Of a DNA stretch of 64,000 bases, positions 9,101 to 17,583 are shown piece after piece. The position numbers and the translations under genes were made by a program. The DNA is from Lachnospiraceae bacterium (GTDB lineage Bacteria > Bacillota > Clostridia > Lachnospirales > Lachnospiraceae): NCBI GenBank assembly GCA_016301965.1, contig JAEDOO010000001.1, forward strand, positions 4,283 through 68,282, in the 5' to 3' direction. Under the pieces are notes generated by a model. It did not search any database. It was given only the letters and a program-made list of their open reading frames with translations, and was not told where the DNA came from. Position 1 is the first letter of the stretch, and every line of letters begins with the position of its first letter.

Positions 9101-11206
9101 ATTATCGATAAAGCCGGCAATATTCAATACATAAGTTCAGATGGTATGATCGTGGATGATACGGCTCCCGCATTGACAGTGGCAGTTACGCCTGAAACCG
9201 CCGGATGGGGTAAAGGTATATATAATGCCGCAGATCAGCCGGGATGCTTTGTCACGATAACAGACCCTGAAGTGAAGGCAGTCAGTGCAGGATTGAAAAA
9301 AATCAGCTGCAGCATTATGGACAATACATCCGGCACAACAGAGACAAAAACGTTGGCAGAAATACCCAAAACCGCACGAAAGCAGTGCTGGTCCGGCCAT
9401 ATTGCGATAGATCCGTCCCGGTTTACATCCAACGATATACAGGTAACGGTATATGCGCAGGACTGGTCCGGCCATACCGTAGTCTCTGCCGGAAAACATC
9501 TGAAAATAGACAATAAAGCTCCGAAGGTGAGTTTTTCTTTTGACAGAAGTGGTGTACAGAACAAAAAATATTTTCAAAATGAGAAAAAGCTGACGATCAC
9601 TGTGGAGGAAGAAAATTTTGATGACACATATAGACCGGAGGTGACATCTTCTTCAGGAGGAGGGTATACGATCAGTACATGGAAGCATGAGGGAAATATC
9701 CATACGGCACAACTTTCGTTCAGTGGTGACAGCGACTATGCTGTATCCTATGTATGCTATGATCTGGCAGGAAACAGATCGAATACAGAGAAACTGGACA
9801 CATTTACCGTTGACAGGACAAAGCCGATCATCCGTGTTTCTTTTGACCGTGCGGATGCAGTATGCTCCGGTTATTATAATACAGAAAGAACTGCTGTGAT
9901 CTCTGTAAAAGAACATAATTTCGATCCGGGGCAGATCCGGGTATATACAACAGCTTCTTTCGGTCAGCTGCCAAAACTTGACAGCTGGGTCAGCCATGGG
10001 GATCATCATACAGCAAAAATACATTTTTCCCAGGATGCTGTGTACACCCTTCGGGTGGAAGGAATGGACCTTGCAGGCAATAGCGCAAAAGAGTGTGTGA
10101 TGGAACAGTTTACGCTGGATCAGACAAGTCCGGATATTGTGATTTCAGGGGTGAAGGATAAATCAGCCAACAGGGGGAATGTAGCACCCGTGGTAACGAT
10201 CTCAGATACGAATCTTTCGGCAGATACAGTACAAGTCACACTTACCGGTGCAAATACAGGAGAGCACGAGATACATGCCATGGCATCTGTGCATACACAG
10301 AAAGGTCGTATGGTTGTGCGGTTTTATGATTTCGCAAAAGGTATGGATGATATTTATACATTAAGCTGCAAGGCTGTAGATAAAGCCGGAAATGAAACGA
10401 AGTCAGCGATCAGATTTTCTGTAAACCGGGACGGTTCCGCATACGAAATCGATGAGGCTACACAGAAACTTCTGGAACAGAGATATATTCGACAGCCAGA
10501 GGATATTGTGATTACAGAAATTAATAAAGATGATCTGTGCCTGACGGAAATAAGTTACAGTCTGGAAGGAAAAGTGGTCGTGCTAAAACAAGGGTCAGAT
10601 TATACGATAGAAAAAAGCGGCCAGGAAGATCAGTGGAAAACTTACAGATATCATATCCGTGCATCGTGTTTTCAAAAAGAGGGCACCTATGTAATCAATG
10701 TCTATTCAGAGGATGCGGCAAACAATAGATCCACCAACAAAATAAAGACACAACCAGTGATCTTTACCCTGGATCGTACAGCACCGGTTCTGGTCGTGTC
10801 CAATCTGGAGGATGGCGGAAAATATAATGAAGAAACTCATCGATTTACCATAAGCGCAAGAGATAATATCTCGTTGGATAAAGTGGCGGTTTATCTGGAC
10901 GGCGAATGTATACATACATATGGAAAAGAAGAGCTGGAAACCACCAACGGTAAACTGGATGTGGGTATTCCTGAAAGTGGTCAATACCAGAAGGTTACGT
11001 TGGAGGCTTTTGATAAAGCAGGAAATGTCTGCAGAGAAATCTATGATGCCCAAACCGATACGGTGATATCGGCATACAGAATCCTGGTTACGACCAATCG
11101 GCTCATCCAGATTTTGCACAGTATTCTGACAATGACAGGCATTCTGCTGACCATGCTCATTCTGGCAACAGGATATGTTCTTTGGCGCCATCTGCGTCAC
11201 AGGTAA
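6197..11206 (+). CDS. giant (1669 aa) membrane-anchored surface protein with >=11 Ig-like repeats
   Basis: ATG 6197 lies 8 nt after the SD AAGGGGGA; the track ORF start at 6146 overlaps the kinase gene. N-terminal hydrophobic segment plus a signal-peptide-like segment (..LLLAAMTIQTAKA/AE). A recurring D-x-[AS]-G-N ... D-x-x-x-P module boundary appears about 11 times. C-terminal TM plus basic tail (WRHLRHR); no LPXTG. Confidence 0.85.
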   Translation: MLTAASQQNFEKTYQLYDTLHRYCAVAFTVFLVLSVVLFFAFHVPQILKKMTGRSLKKVKKNKRRIRSVCLWLGVGLLLAAMTIQTAKAAESNQQEEKVKICFDMACTKDNPLVLTYGAKPAELSFSLKYGNTELKEEIKRMEIVTDNKDAVEVTADRFAQKLTCRAKQEKNGLTAVKISVRTDTHRYSTTIYMRTIFLPQQKKTESSQTGSLNPENNSEKKSHNAAAQDTSVQKREKQNALMPGKESRISDYITVNEKTSVRVHEDKENDVCYYGKNAWVSFRLHGEYNKMYLENGKDITETGMRLEEGKYCGDKKEILVYLTRENEIKDTAQTVLEQKTDLFALTFIYDSEAPQCETIDFGMCHKVYDDLSADVTFSLYENKPVSASVAFGDSDSGVSGWSYYVAKITDDSSYESLLTEEDFEDVLAGGHFSEGTKDQVIKVGEIERGKISEGNYVVFVKLIDHVGNIKVYGSDGVVIDAHDNITVDIEKKTQETEGEERWQNRNWYAGNAKLVLKAEEASGINDCYSGVNWMKYTVSRHYGNGKTVTEKEQTICADIPQKITRKELQTFCRMQKDLFFTDTKRSSQVITVLAMAADHAGNLVQKPAEYTMVLDSIAPKFVASVCSQVNHGGKFLNGCYANSNVTYTASVKERFLKDILVSVNGTAYTLKELQEHREELGIASVTMDETPDITKTTDGSTYTFSVEFAADGTYDVRGFVQDASGNTATDRGFRFIIDTVCPELEVKYTAYRKDGTSCELKLSDQHVYIGEEFSHVTAEAMVRESNFEAKNASLTCYAKNAKGKNVAVLDYRKAFQGKWDNLGSVSESDTRNILKMTLPEIAIDANYEFVYYVKDLAGNALEKEQKQSLTLDRRKPTGMVKADHLVQENGSGIWKKLIHRITFGLFGKNSVRISMTGQDETSGIASVTYLAAEKGLPREDLEKRTDWKIYKKELTYRGSQKLVIYEKIIDKAGNIQYISSDGMIVDDTAPALTVAVTPETAGWGKGIYNAADQPGCFVTITDPEVKAVSAGLKKISCSIMDNTSGTTETKTLAEIPKTARKQCWSGHIAIDPSRFTSNDIQVTVYAQDWSGHTVVSAGKHLKIDNKAPKVSFSFDRSGVQNKKYFQNEKKLTITVEEENFDDTYRPEVTSSSGGGYTISTWKHEGNIHTAQLSFSGDSDYAVSYVCYDLAGNRSNTEKLDTFTVDRTKPIIRVSFDRADAVCSGYYNTERTAVISVKEHNFDPGQIRVYTTASFGQLPKLDSWVSHGDHHTAKIHFSQDAVYTLRVEGMDLAGNSAKECVMEQFTLDQTSPDIVISGVKDKSANRGNVAPVVTISDTNLSADTVQVTLTGANTGEHEIHAMASVHTQKGRMVVRFYDFAKGMDDIYTLSCKAVDKAGNETKSAIRFSVNRDGSAYEIDEATQKLLEQRYIRQPEDIVITEINKDDLCLTEISYSLEGKVVVLKQGSDYTIEKSGQEDQWKTYRYHIRASCFQKEGTYVINVYSEDAANNRSTNKIKTQPVIFTLDRTAPVLVVSNLEDGGKYNEETHRFTISARDNISLDKVAVYLDGECIHTYGKEELETTNGKLDVGIPESGQYQKVTLEAFDKAGNVCREIYDAQTDTVISAYRILVTTNRLIQILHSILTMTGILLTMLILATGYVLWRHLRHR

Positions 11207-11229
11207 ATCTGATAGAATAAACAAAAGGA

Positions 11230-11258
11230 TTGTACTATTTCTGCAAAAGGAGTAGAAT
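11230..11258 (+). promoter_or_regulatory. candidate sigma-A promoter for the hydrolase gene
   Basis: TTGTAC (11230-11235), 17-nt spacer, TAGAAT (11253-11258). Confidence 0.4.
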
Positions 11259-11300
11259 AATTCAATGTGTTAATAAGAAAAAGAAGGTAAAGATTTTATT

Positions 11301-13358
11301 ATGCATAAAGATAACAAATCCACAAATACAGTTCGCCGTATCGGTGCCATGGCTCTGACGGGAATATTATGTCTGGGTGCGGCCGGAAATGACAATCTGC
11401 CTTTCTTTTTACAGGCTGCACATGCTGCAGAGGCAGAAAATAAGGAACGAGCAGCGGGCAGTGATGGTGCCTTTGCGAGTGATCCAGAGGAAAGCATACT
11501 GGAAGAAACAACAGAATCCGTTGTCGATGAAGAAACAACAGATTCTCCTCTGGAAAATGGTACTCAGGACACAGAAGAGAAACCGATAGAAAATCCACAG
11601 GACATACCTGAAGACAATACAAATAGTACAGGTGAAGAGAATTCGGATAATTCCGGGACGCAGAATACAAAACCGGGAAAACCATCCGATGGGGATACGG
11701 ATAAACAAAATAATGGAAATACAGCAGAAAACAGTAGTCCCGCTAATGAACAAAACTCTCAGAAACAGCCTGTCTCTGACGCGGAAAATGAACAGGATAC
11801 TCTGACAGAAGAGGAGGAACAGGAACTCAAAGAAGAAGAGGAACTGGCCGGTGAAGAAGAGGATAATGGAGAAGGAAATGAGGAGCTGATCGCTCAGCAG
11901 ACCATCATCCGGCTTCCAGAGATCGAAGAAGATTTTCGCTTCTGGACAGTTGAACGGGTATACGGTTTTGCTGCAGAAAAATTGACATTTTATGAGGAAA
12001 AGAATGAAAATTCCCGTAAAGTTGGTGAGCTGAAAAAGGATGGTCTTTTGTATGTTCTGCAGACACAGGAAGACGGATGGTATTATGCAGAGTCCGGCGA
12101 TGTTCGCGGATTTATCCGGGAAGATCAGGTGCTTACAGGACAAAAGGCACAGCCGTTGCTTATTCAGTACCAGCAAAAAGCAAAAGATCTGGCGGCCAGA
12201 CGCTCCAGAGAATATACGGGAATTGAACATGCAGTATCTCTGGCAGTCCCGCTGATCGATAAAACAGAAAATCAGGCCTATACATATATCCGGGCGACTG
12301 TTTGTCAGACGGTTGCAGATAAAGTGTATGCTCTCGTACAGGCAGATCGGGTGAACATCCGGGAAGAACAGAACACAGAGGGACGCATCGTTGGCAAACT
12401 ATCCAAAGACAGTCTCTGTTATATTCTGGCAGATCAGGACAGCGACTGGGTATTTGCAGAGTCGGGAAATGTCCGTGGCTTTGTCAAAAAAGAATATCTT
12501 AACATAGCGGACGAAGAAAACCAGCTGGCACAGGAAATCAAAGACAACTGCGAAGAAAACTATGCCACTGCAGAAGAAATCATAGCTCCCGCGGAAAACA
12601 AAGCGCTGTACTACACGCTGACCTCTATTCACTCCGGGAGTCAGCAGTCATCCCTTCGTTCTGAGCTATTGGCATATGCCGCACAGTTTGCCGGTAATCC
12701 TTACAAATGGGGCGGCAGCAGCCTGACAGATGGCACAGACTGTTCCGGATTCGCCAAAGCAATTTACGCAAAATTCGGCTACCAGCTCCCCAGAACCTCC
12801 CGTGCACAGTCTCAATGCGGCACCAAAATCGCGGTAGAAGATGCTCGTCCCGGAGATCTGATATTTTACGCCAAAAATGGACAGGTATATCATGTCGCCA
12901 TTTATGCCGGTGATGGCCGTACGATTGAAGCTGCCAACGAAGAGTTAGGTATAACCTCTCTGAATGCCTTCCGTAAAAATGCAGTATGGGCAGTCCATCT
13001 CCTCAGCGATGACAGAGAAATTCCGCAGGAATCCAGTATCGCAGCAGAGAATACAACAGCACAGGAACAGGGAGAAAGCCTGGGAGAGTATCATATTACC
13101 TACTATTGTCCCTGCGAAGCATGCAGCGATACAGCAGGCACTCTGCAGAAGGATCCCTCTCCCCTGGTAGAAGGCTGCACCGTGGCGGTAAGTCCCCTGA
13201 CAGCTCAGGAAGGAGAACAGCTGATCATCAACAGTCATCTCTACACCGCAATCCATCGAGATGACCTCAGGGAAAACGAAGCATCCATCTATGTCAGCTC
13301 CCACGAAAAAACAACCCAGCTGGCCGAGACAGATACACAACTATACAAGAAAAAATGA
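11301..13358 (+). CDS. secreted peptidoglycan hydrolase: acidic low-complexity region, 2x SH3b, NlpC/P60 endopeptidase, C-terminal 3D-like domain
   Basis: 685 aa with a signal peptide (..FLQAAHA/AE). SH3b-like GWYYAESGDVRGFI and DWVFAESGNVRGFV. NlpC/P60 motifs YKWGGSSLTDGTDCSGF and HVAIYAGDG. C-terminal YHITYYCPCEACSDTAGT resembles 3D/YuiC-type domains. Confidence 0.85.
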   Translation: MHKDNKSTNTVRRIGAMALTGILCLGAAGNDNLPFFLQAAHAAEAENKERAAGSDGAFASDPEESILEETTESVVDEETTDSPLENGTQDTEEKPIENPQDIPEDNTNSTGEENSDNSGTQNTKPGKPSDGDTDKQNNGNTAENSSPANEQNSQKQPVSDAENEQDTLTEEEEQELKEEEELAGEEEDNGEGNEELIAQQTIIRLPEIEEDFRFWTVERVYGFAAEKLTFYEEKNENSRKVGELKKDGLLYVLQTQEDGWYYAESGDVRGFIREDQVLTGQKAQPLLIQYQQKAKDLAARRSREYTGIEHAVSLAVPLIDKTENQAYTYIRATVCQTVADKVYALVQADRVNIREEQNTEGRIVGKLSKDSLCYILADQDSDWVFAESGNVRGFVKKEYLNIADEENQLAQEIKDNCEENYATAEEIIAPAENKALYYTLTSIHSGSQQSSLRSELLAYAAQFAGNPYKWGGSSLTDGTDCSGFAKAIYAKFGYQLPRTSRAQSQCGTKIAVEDARPGDLIFYAKNGQVYHVAIYAGDGRTIEAANEELGITSLNAFRKNAVWAVHLLSDDREIPQESSIAAENTTAQEQGESLGEYHITYYCPCEACSDTAGTLQKDPSPLVEGCTVAVSPLTAQEGEQLIINSHLYTAIHRDDLRENEASIYVSSHEKTTQLAETDTQLYKKK

Positions 13359-13400
13359 GACCCCCAAATAATCAGTCCCATCATTAACAAATCACAAACA

Positions 13401-13577
13401 GGTGTACGGGGAGGGGCTTTATTTGCTTCAGATCCCCCGCAAAACCCTCCGAAAACGCCGGCACTTAGCGAGAGCAAGCGAAAGCGCCGCTCGAGCTTAG
13501 TGTCCGCTGCGTTTGAGGTGGAGCGAGAGCGAGTTTTGCGGGGGATCTGAAGCAAATAAAGCCCCTCCCCGTACACC
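13401..13577 (-). repeat. palindromic intergenic repeat, copy C (same core as A/B, opposite orientation, different arms)
   Basis: Perfect 45-bp terminal inverted repeats (13401-13445 and 13533-13577). The 87-bp core 13446-13532 is the reverse complement of the 3875-3963 core, with a few mismatches. Confidence 0.9.
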
Positions 13578-13580
13578 GTC

Positions 13581-13706
13581 CGTCCCCATCCCTCCCCGAC
13601 GCTGAAAGTCGTCGGGCCTCGTCCCCATCCCGTCCCCGACACTGAAAGTCGTCGGGCCCCGTCCCTCATCCCCCATCCCCCTCCCCGACGCTGAAAGTCG
13701 TCGGGC
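13581..13706. repeat. three tandem mini-hairpin repeats (C-rich on + strand)
   Basis: The unit ..tccccgac(g/a)ctgaaagtcgtcgggc.. occurs 3 times at about 40-46-bp spacing. Each forms a cccgacg/cgtcggg stem with an 8-nt loop. Confidence 0.85.
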
Positions 13707-13829
13707 TCTCATCCGAATCTTCCAATCCAAATTTTTCCTCCCCCCACACATTGCGAATCCCCCCCAATTGTGCTATGCTATTGGCATATATTGAAAAAAT
13801 ATGCCCATTCGGCGAAAGAGAGGCACACT

Positions 13830-15302
13830 ATGAAACTATCCACATTGCTCGAAGGACTGCAGACAGAAATCCTGCAGGGCAGCCCAGATATAGACATCAA
13901 AGAAATCATCTACGATTCCCGAAAAGTAACACCCAAGACCCTTTTCATCTGCGTGCGCGGAGCCAATGCAGACGGACACAGCTTCGCAAAAGAAGTGGCA
14001 GCAAAAGGAGCCGCAGCACTGATCGTAGAAGAACCCGTAGACGTACCCGAAAACGTAACAGTAATCAAAGTACCAGACAGCCGCTTAGCCATGGCACTCA
14101 CCGCAGCAGCCTGGTATGGTCATCCGGCCGAAAAATTAAAGACCATCGGCGTAACCGGAACAAAAGGAAAAACCACGACCACATACCTGGTCAAATCCAT
14201 TCTTGAAAATGCCGGATACAAAGTAGGATTGATCGGCACCATCGAGACGATCATTGGAGAAAAAAAGATTCCTTCCGCCAACACCACACCCGAATCTTAC
14301 CTGATTCAGAAATATTTTGCAGAGATGGTGGAGGAAGGCTGCGATTGTGTAGTTATGGAAGTATCCTCCCAGGGACTGATGCTGCACAGAACGGCAGGAA
14401 TAACCTTTGATTTTGGTATATTTACCAACATAGAGCCCGACCATATCGGACCAAACGAACATGCCAGCTTCGAAGAATATCTGGAATGCAAAAGCCGCCT
14501 GTTAAGACAGTGCCGCGTCGGTATCGTCAACAGAGATGACGAACATTTTGATAAAATCATCAAAGGACATACCTGTACTCTGGAAACTTACGGCTTTGGA
14601 GAAAAAGCAGACCTCAGAGCTACCGATATACACCTGGTAACAAAAGGAGGAAGCCTTGGTATTGCATATAAAGCTACGGGACTTTTAGACCTCAATGTAG
14701 AAATCGATCTTCCGGGGAAGTTCAGTATTTATAATTCTCTGACGGCCATTGCCATCTGCCGCCATTTCAACGTTTCCGCAGAAAACATCGTAAAAGCTCT
14801 CAAAAATGCCAAAGTCAAAGGCCGTATTGAAATGGTGCATGTATCGGATGAATTCACACTGATGATTGATTATGCGCACAACGCCATGTCACTGGAAAGC
14901 CTTTTGACTACATTGCGGGAATATCATCCCCATCGTCTCGTATGCCTGTTCGGCTGTGGCGGAAACCGTTCCAGAGACCGACGATTCGAAATGGGAGAAG
15001 TATCCGGAAGACTGGCAGATCTGACCATTATCACTTCGGATAATCCACGGTTCGAAGAACCGCAGGCCATCATCGAAGACATCAAGACCGGCATGAAAAA
15101 GACAGACGGCAAATATGTGGAGATTCCAGATCGAAAGGAAGCCATTGCTTATGCCATTCACCACGGACAGCCTGGGGATATTGTTGTCCTGGCAGGAAAA
15201 GGACATGAGGATTATCAGGAGATCAAAGGGAAAAAGTATCCTATGGATGAAAGAGTCCTGATCCAGGAAATCCTGGATGAAGACAGCGCACGGGGAGAAT
15301 AA
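13830..15302 (+). CDS. murE: UDP-N-acetylmuramoyl-L-alanyl-D-glutamate--2,6-diaminopimelate ligase
   Basis: Motifs GVTGTKGKTTTTYL, DYAHN and SDNPR. Start chosen at ATG 13830 (MKLSTLLEGL) after the SD aaagagagg, because the track start 13770 lies in repeat-flanking sequence. Confidence 0.92.
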   Translation: MKLSTLLEGLQTEILQGSPDIDIKEIIYDSRKVTPKTLFICVRGANADGHSFAKEVAAKGAAALIVEEPVDVPENVTVIKVPDSRLAMALTAAAWYGHPAEKLKTIGVTGTKGKTTTTYLVKSILENAGYKVGLIGTIETIIGEKKIPSANTTPESYLIQKYFAEMVEEGCDCVVMEVSSQGLMLHRTAGITFDFGIFTNIEPDHIGPNEHASFEEYLECKSRLLRQCRVGIVNRDDEHFDKIIKGHTCTLETYGFGEKADLRATDIHLVTKGGSLGIAYKATGLLDLNVEIDLPGKFSIYNSLTAIAICRHFNVSAENIVKALKNAKVKGRIEMVHVSDEFTLMIDYAHNAMSLESLLTTLREYHPHRLVCLFGCGGNRSRDRRFEMGEVSGRLADLTIITSDNPRFEEPQAIIEDIKTGMKKTDGKYVEIPDRKEAIAYAIHHGQPGDIVVLAGKGHEDYQEIKGKKYPMDERVLIQEILDEDSARGE

Positions 15303-15355
15303 GCGGGTCACAGCCCTCGGCTGTGCTCGAAAATGTGCAGATACGGGGGAAAAAC

Positions 15356-17572
15356 ATGAAATATGCGGATGTGATCGTGGATATTTCTGCTGAACAGCTG
15401 GACAGACATTTTCAGTACAGGATTCCGGCAGCACTGGAGAATAGTGTGTATCCGGGTGTTCAGGTGGAAATTCCCTTTGGCGCCGGAAATAAAGTGATCC
15501 GGGGATATGTGATGCAGATTACCAATCAGCCGGATTATGATCCAAAAAAAATAAAAGATATTCGTTCTCTGTGTGAGCGAAGTGAAACTGTAGAAAGCCG
15601 TATGATGGAATTGGCCGTCTGGATCAGAAAAACGTATGGCTGTACCATGCTGCAGGCCTTGCGGACAGTTTTGCCAATACGACAGAAAACAGAACGACAC
15701 ATAAAGAAAAAAATAGTGCGGACCGCAGAAAAAGAGGAGATTTTATCACGCATACAGGAAGAAAGACGGAAAAATCATAGAGCAAGAGAACGGTTTCTTT
15801 GTTACGTTTTAGAACATGAAGAAGCAGAGTATTCTTCCTGTATAAAAGAGCTTAAATTAAATGCGGGAATTCTCAAAGCCTTTGAGAAAGAGGGCGTGGT
15901 TCGCATAGTGGACGCAACGGCCTCTGTGCCGATGAAGATTTCAGGCATGCATAGAGATATGCCTATCCTGACTGCCGAACAAGTAAAGACCCTGACAGAA
16001 ATCAGAGAAGAGTGGGAGAGGCAAGAGCCACGTCCTGTTCTTTTGCAGGGAATCACCGGCAGCGGCAAGACCATGCTTTATATGCATTTGATTGAACAGA
16101 CTTTGCGGGAAGGAAGGCAGGCGATTCTTCTTGTTCCGGAAATTGCGCTGACTTATCAGAACGTGGAGCGTTTTTGCCAGTGTTTTCAGGATAAAGTGGC
16201 CATTCTTCACTCCCGTCTTTCAGCCGGTGAGAAAGCTCAGCAATTTGAACGGGCACGAAACGGCAGCGCTTCTATTATGATCGGTCCGCGCTCAGCACTG
16301 TTTGCCCCGTTTCCCAATCTGGGACTGATCATTGTGGATGAGGAGCAGGAAACTTCCTACCATAGCGAGAAAACTCCTCGTTACCATGCCAGAGAAACAG
16401 CCGTTGAGAGAGGAAGGCTTGAGAAGGCGCATGTCGTTCTGGGATCGGCCACTCCATCTTTGGAGGCCGCCTGGCGCTGTGAACAAGGGTTGTACAAAAA
16501 GGTGGAATTAAACAGTCGTTATGGTCGTCATGGACTTCCGACAGTATATATCACAGATATGCGGGAAGAACTGAAATCGGGCAACCGTTCTGTATTCAGC
16601 AGACAGCTTCTGACTTCTCTTCGAGAATGTCTGGACAGAAAAGAGCAGGCGCTTTTGTTTTTGAACAGAAGAGGGTATGCCGGGTTTATTTCCTGCCGTA
16701 TGTGCGGATACGTCATCAAATGTCCGCATTGTGATGTCTCCATGACAATGCACAGAGATGGTCGTCTTGTCTGTCATTACTGTGGACGAAGTAAAAGTCC
16801 GGTCAATGTCTGTCCCTCCTGCGGATCACCCTATATCAGTGCTTTTCGGGCCGGTACGCAGCAGATTGAAGAGATGCTGCACAGGGAATTTCCAGAGGCC
16901 AGAATTCTTCGGATGGACATGGATACAACCCGACACAAAAATGATCACGAAGAGATCATCAGAACCTTTGGAGAACATAAGGCAGACATCCTGATCGGTA
17001 CACAGATGATCGTAAAAGGACATGATTTTCCGGAAGTAACACTTGTGGGAGTTCTGGCGGCAGATATGTCACTGTTTTCTGCGGATTATCGATCTGCAGA
17101 GAGAACCTTTCAGCTGCTGACGCAGGCTATAGGGCGGGCCGGACGGGCCGAAAAGGCAGGCTGCGCAGTAATACAGACGTATCATCCGGAACATTATGCC
17201 ATAGAGGCTGCTGCAGTGCAGGATTATGGACAGTTTTATCAGCAGGAAATCGGATATCGTGAGCTTATGGGATATCCGCCAGCCAGTTCCCTGTTGGCCA
17301 TACATGTCAGTTTTACAGATGCCGACCGGCTGGATATGGCCATGACATATCTGAAGCGTTTTCTGGAGAGAATCACACAGAAGGCAGAGGTGCAGATCAT
17401 TGGCCCTGCCGACGAAGCAGTGGCCAAAATTAACGATATGTACCGCCGGGCGATCTATATCAAGGGAAAAGATGAACAACTTTTAAAAATTCTGCGGGAG
17501 CAGACAGAGCATTATATAGAAATCAATAAAGGCTTTGAGGCCATGTATATACAATACGATTTAAATGCATAG
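15356..17572 (+). CDS. priA: primosomal protein N' (replication restart helicase PriA)
   Basis: Motifs GITGSGKT and IVDEEQE. Cys-rich zinc region CRMCG..CPHCD..CHYCG..CPSCG. Start at ATG 15356 after GGGGGA. Confidence 0.93.
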   Translation: MKYADVIVDISAEQLDRHFQYRIPAALENSVYPGVQVEIPFGAGNKVIRGYVMQITNQPDYDPKKIKDIRSLCERSETVESRMMELAVWIRKTYGCTMLQALRTVLPIRQKTERHIKKKIVRTAEKEEILSRIQEERRKNHRARERFLCYVLEHEEAEYSSCIKELKLNAGILKAFEKEGVVRIVDATASVPMKISGMHRDMPILTAEQVKTLTEIREEWERQEPRPVLLQGITGSGKTMLYMHLIEQTLREGRQAILLVPEIALTYQNVERFCQCFQDKVAILHSRLSAGEKAQQFERARNGSASIMIGPRSALFAPFPNLGLIIVDEEQETSYHSEKTPRYHARETAVERGRLEKAHVVLGSATPSLEAAWRCEQGLYKKVELNSRYGRHGLPTVYITDMREELKSGNRSVFSRQLLTSLRECLDRKEQALLFLNRRGYAGFISCRMCGYVIKCPHCDVSMTMHRDGRLVCHYCGRSKSPVNVCPSCGSPYISAFRAGTQQIEEMLHREFPEARILRMDMDTTRHKNDHEEIIRTFGEHKADILIGTQMIVKGHDFPEVTLVGVLAADMSLFSADYRSAERTFQLLTQAIGRAGRAEKAGCAVIQTYHPEHYAIEAAAVQDYGQFYQQEIGYRELMGYPPASSLLAIHVSFTDADRLDMAMTYLKRFLERITQKAEVQIIGPADEAVAKINDMYRRAIYIKGKDEQLLKILREQTEHYIEINKGFEAMYIQYDLNA

Positions 17573-17583
17573 AGGAGGACGTT

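Noticed and set aside
11228-11246. WalR-like direct repeat (TGTACT-N5-TGCAAA) upstream of the hydrolase gene
   Set aside because: Both half-sites deviate from TGTWAH at key positions, so this is likely chance.
3660-13577. Calling the repeat-bracketed module a transposon or genomic island
   Set aside because: I saw no transposase, integrase, tRNA target or clear target-site duplication. It is reported only as a hypothesis in the findings.
13770-13829. Upstream starts of murE (13770), priA (15323), stp (21460), mraZ (28447), sigG (45363), pduS-like (57093) and others given by the longest-ORF rule
   Set aside because: The N-terminal extensions are non-homologous to the families, often overlap the preceding gene or regulatory repeats, and internal ATGs with good SDs match the conserved family N-termini.
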